From: Mobula hypostoma
Lineage: Eukaryota
Length of the DNA: 64,000 nucleotides
Assembly: GCF_963921235.1 (NCBI RefSeq)
Contig: NC_086097.1
Coordinates: forward strand, 137,580,001-137,644,000
Reading direction: 5' to 3'
Shown: piece after piece, positions 62,237-64,000 of the stretch
How positions within the stretch are numbered: position 1 is the stretch's first letter
How the letters are laid out: each line of letters starts with the position of its first letter
Notes under the pieces: model-generated
Seen by the model: only the letters and a program-made list of their open reading frames with translations
Database searches by the model: none
Told to the model about the DNA's origin: nothing
Program-made: the position numbers and the translations under genes

Positions 62237-64000
62237 TTGTAATTTCAAAACATTAAACTAATTCAGAGGAAGACATAGGCGCCCAGGAATGTGGGTCTAA
62301 CTTTATGCTTAAGCAACGCTTGCATGTATCATGTGGTAGTGTGATAATGTATGCAATACGTATAACTCATAATGAATTCCTTAAATGAACAAGAATGCTT
62401 AATCAACCTATACATACGCAAGATCTCAATTATTATTTAAATATTAAATACACAACACTCCTCTCTGCTGAGCTATAAACTCCAACTCAATAGAGAATAC
62501 ATTTCCACTATATACACAGTATACTACATACAGACTACTATGTACAGACATCCACGGTATAGACAATTTCAAATTGTCCCATTCAGTCCTAAAATTTAAT
62601 CACTGTGGAGGATTTCTTACTCTTGTGGGATCACATGTTTCCTGACAGAAAAGGGATCACTCTGCCTGGCTGGTGGGACTTGTGGCTGTGAAACACTCTC
62701 ACGTTCTGGTTCTTTCTCTGTGCTGGTTGTAGGAGTTGACTCTCAGACTGCAGGAAGTGGTTCTGATCGCAATAGCTGACTTTCTTCTCCAGCAATTGAC
62801 TCTGCTTTCCTCAACTGATCGACGCGTCGTCTCCAGATGCAATCTCCACTGTGTAGGGGAGTGGTCCAGTTCTGTCCCTGATCCTTCCGAGTAAACACTT
62901 CTGATCACCTCTGTAGTCCCATGCCAGGACTGCTTGCCCAGGAGTGAAACATCGAGCCTCCTTGTTTGAGGAACCTTCAATTTGCCTCAGATGTTTGCCT
63001 TACATATTCCTTCGGAGATCGAGTTTGGGGAGATGCAAGCATGAGTGCAAGGGATGACCCAGGAACACCATAACTGGTGAGTTGTTGGTTGTGGAATGTG
63101 TAGCATTACAATATGCGAGGAGAACATTAGCAAGCTTCTGGATCAGTGTTAGTGTAGTCTGCCCTGCTGACATTGACAGCAGTGGGTTTTTTAGGCTGTG
63201 CACAAACCTCTGTCATTGGGTGGTAGGGTGCAGATGTAATGTCTTATTCCATTCACTTTTAGGAATGACTGAAACTGTTCCCCTACAAACTATGGCCCAT
63301 TATCAGTGACTAAGTGTTCTGGAACACTAGTCCTTGAGAAGAGGCTTCTCAACACATCAACTGTGTGCAAGGCTGTAGTGAAGGCTATTGGGAACACTTC
63401 TGACCACTTTGTAGCTGCATCCACTACTACCAAGAAATTTGTGCCCATGTATGGTCCAGCAAAATCCACATGAATCCTTTGCCAGGGCGATGCAGATGAT
63501 TCCCAGGGATGGAGAGGTACTGCTTCTGGCGGCCTCTAGGCATATCGGCATCCCAAAGAGTGCATGGCTAGATACTCGATCTGCTGATCTATCCCAGGCC
63601 ACAAATAAAGCTTCAAGCCAACGCCTTCCTTTTAATCTCACCAAGATGACCGGCATATAGCACCCCCAACCCTTTAGCTCTTGACTTGGATGGTACAACA
63701 ACTCTCAATCCCCACATAAGGCAACCCCCATAAAGAGCATCTTTATCTCGGCACTGGTAGAAATGGGAGAACTGGAGTTTCTGTTGTACATTCTAGCTAT
63801 TTGGGTGGTCATGTAGACCTAAGACAGTGTGGGATCTTTTCTGGTTTCCCTTTGAATTATCTCTGCCGTAATAAGGAGAATTTTGATTGCGTTAGGGAGA
63901 ATACATCAAGGGGAGTGTCTTTTTTTGTAAATGTTTCCAGTATTTCCTTTTCCAAGGGTAAACAGGACAATCCATCAGTATTTCCATGATTAATTGGCCT
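62237..64000 (-). mobile_element. Second Gypsy element of the same family: 3' LTR (62237-62457) and integrase region, running off the window
   Basis: LTR similar to 24597/27720. PPT agcagagaggag at 62458-62469. Integrase PWQRIHVDFAGPYMGTNFLVVVDAATKWSEVFP and LLAYCNATHSTTNNSP. Confidence 0.92.

Overview
This is eukaryotic, repeat-dense, low-GC vertebrate DNA with no prokaryotic gene organisation. The repeat complement (CR1 LINEs with (TTCTATG)n tails, Rex1/Babar-type LINEs, Penelope-like elements, V-SINE and Deu-type SINEs, fish-type Gypsy, Tc1 and Tigger DNA transposons) points to a cartilaginous fish, probably a ray; that is an inference. I recognise no host protein-coding gene, so the window looks intergenic or intronic. 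Nearly all long ORFs are retroelement fragments or their antisense shadows. The most notable hidden signals are: (1) minimal hammerhead-ribozyme motifs in the Penelope terminal repeats (best copy 15531-15568, minus strand), with pairing-preserving changes between copies; (2) a very decayed retrovirus-like RNase H + integrase fossil at about 56770-57760 that the ORF track misses; (3) a young CR1 with an uninterrupted RT frame; (4) several nested insertions resolvable by their target-site duplications (TSDs); (5) a ~220-bp palindrome inside a Tigger element; (6) a possible TATA promoter and first exon at about 48.55 kb; (7) a decayed palindromic tandem array at 2.2-2.5 kb. Family names come from recognising motifs by eye, not from database searches. 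Boundaries of old elements are approximate.
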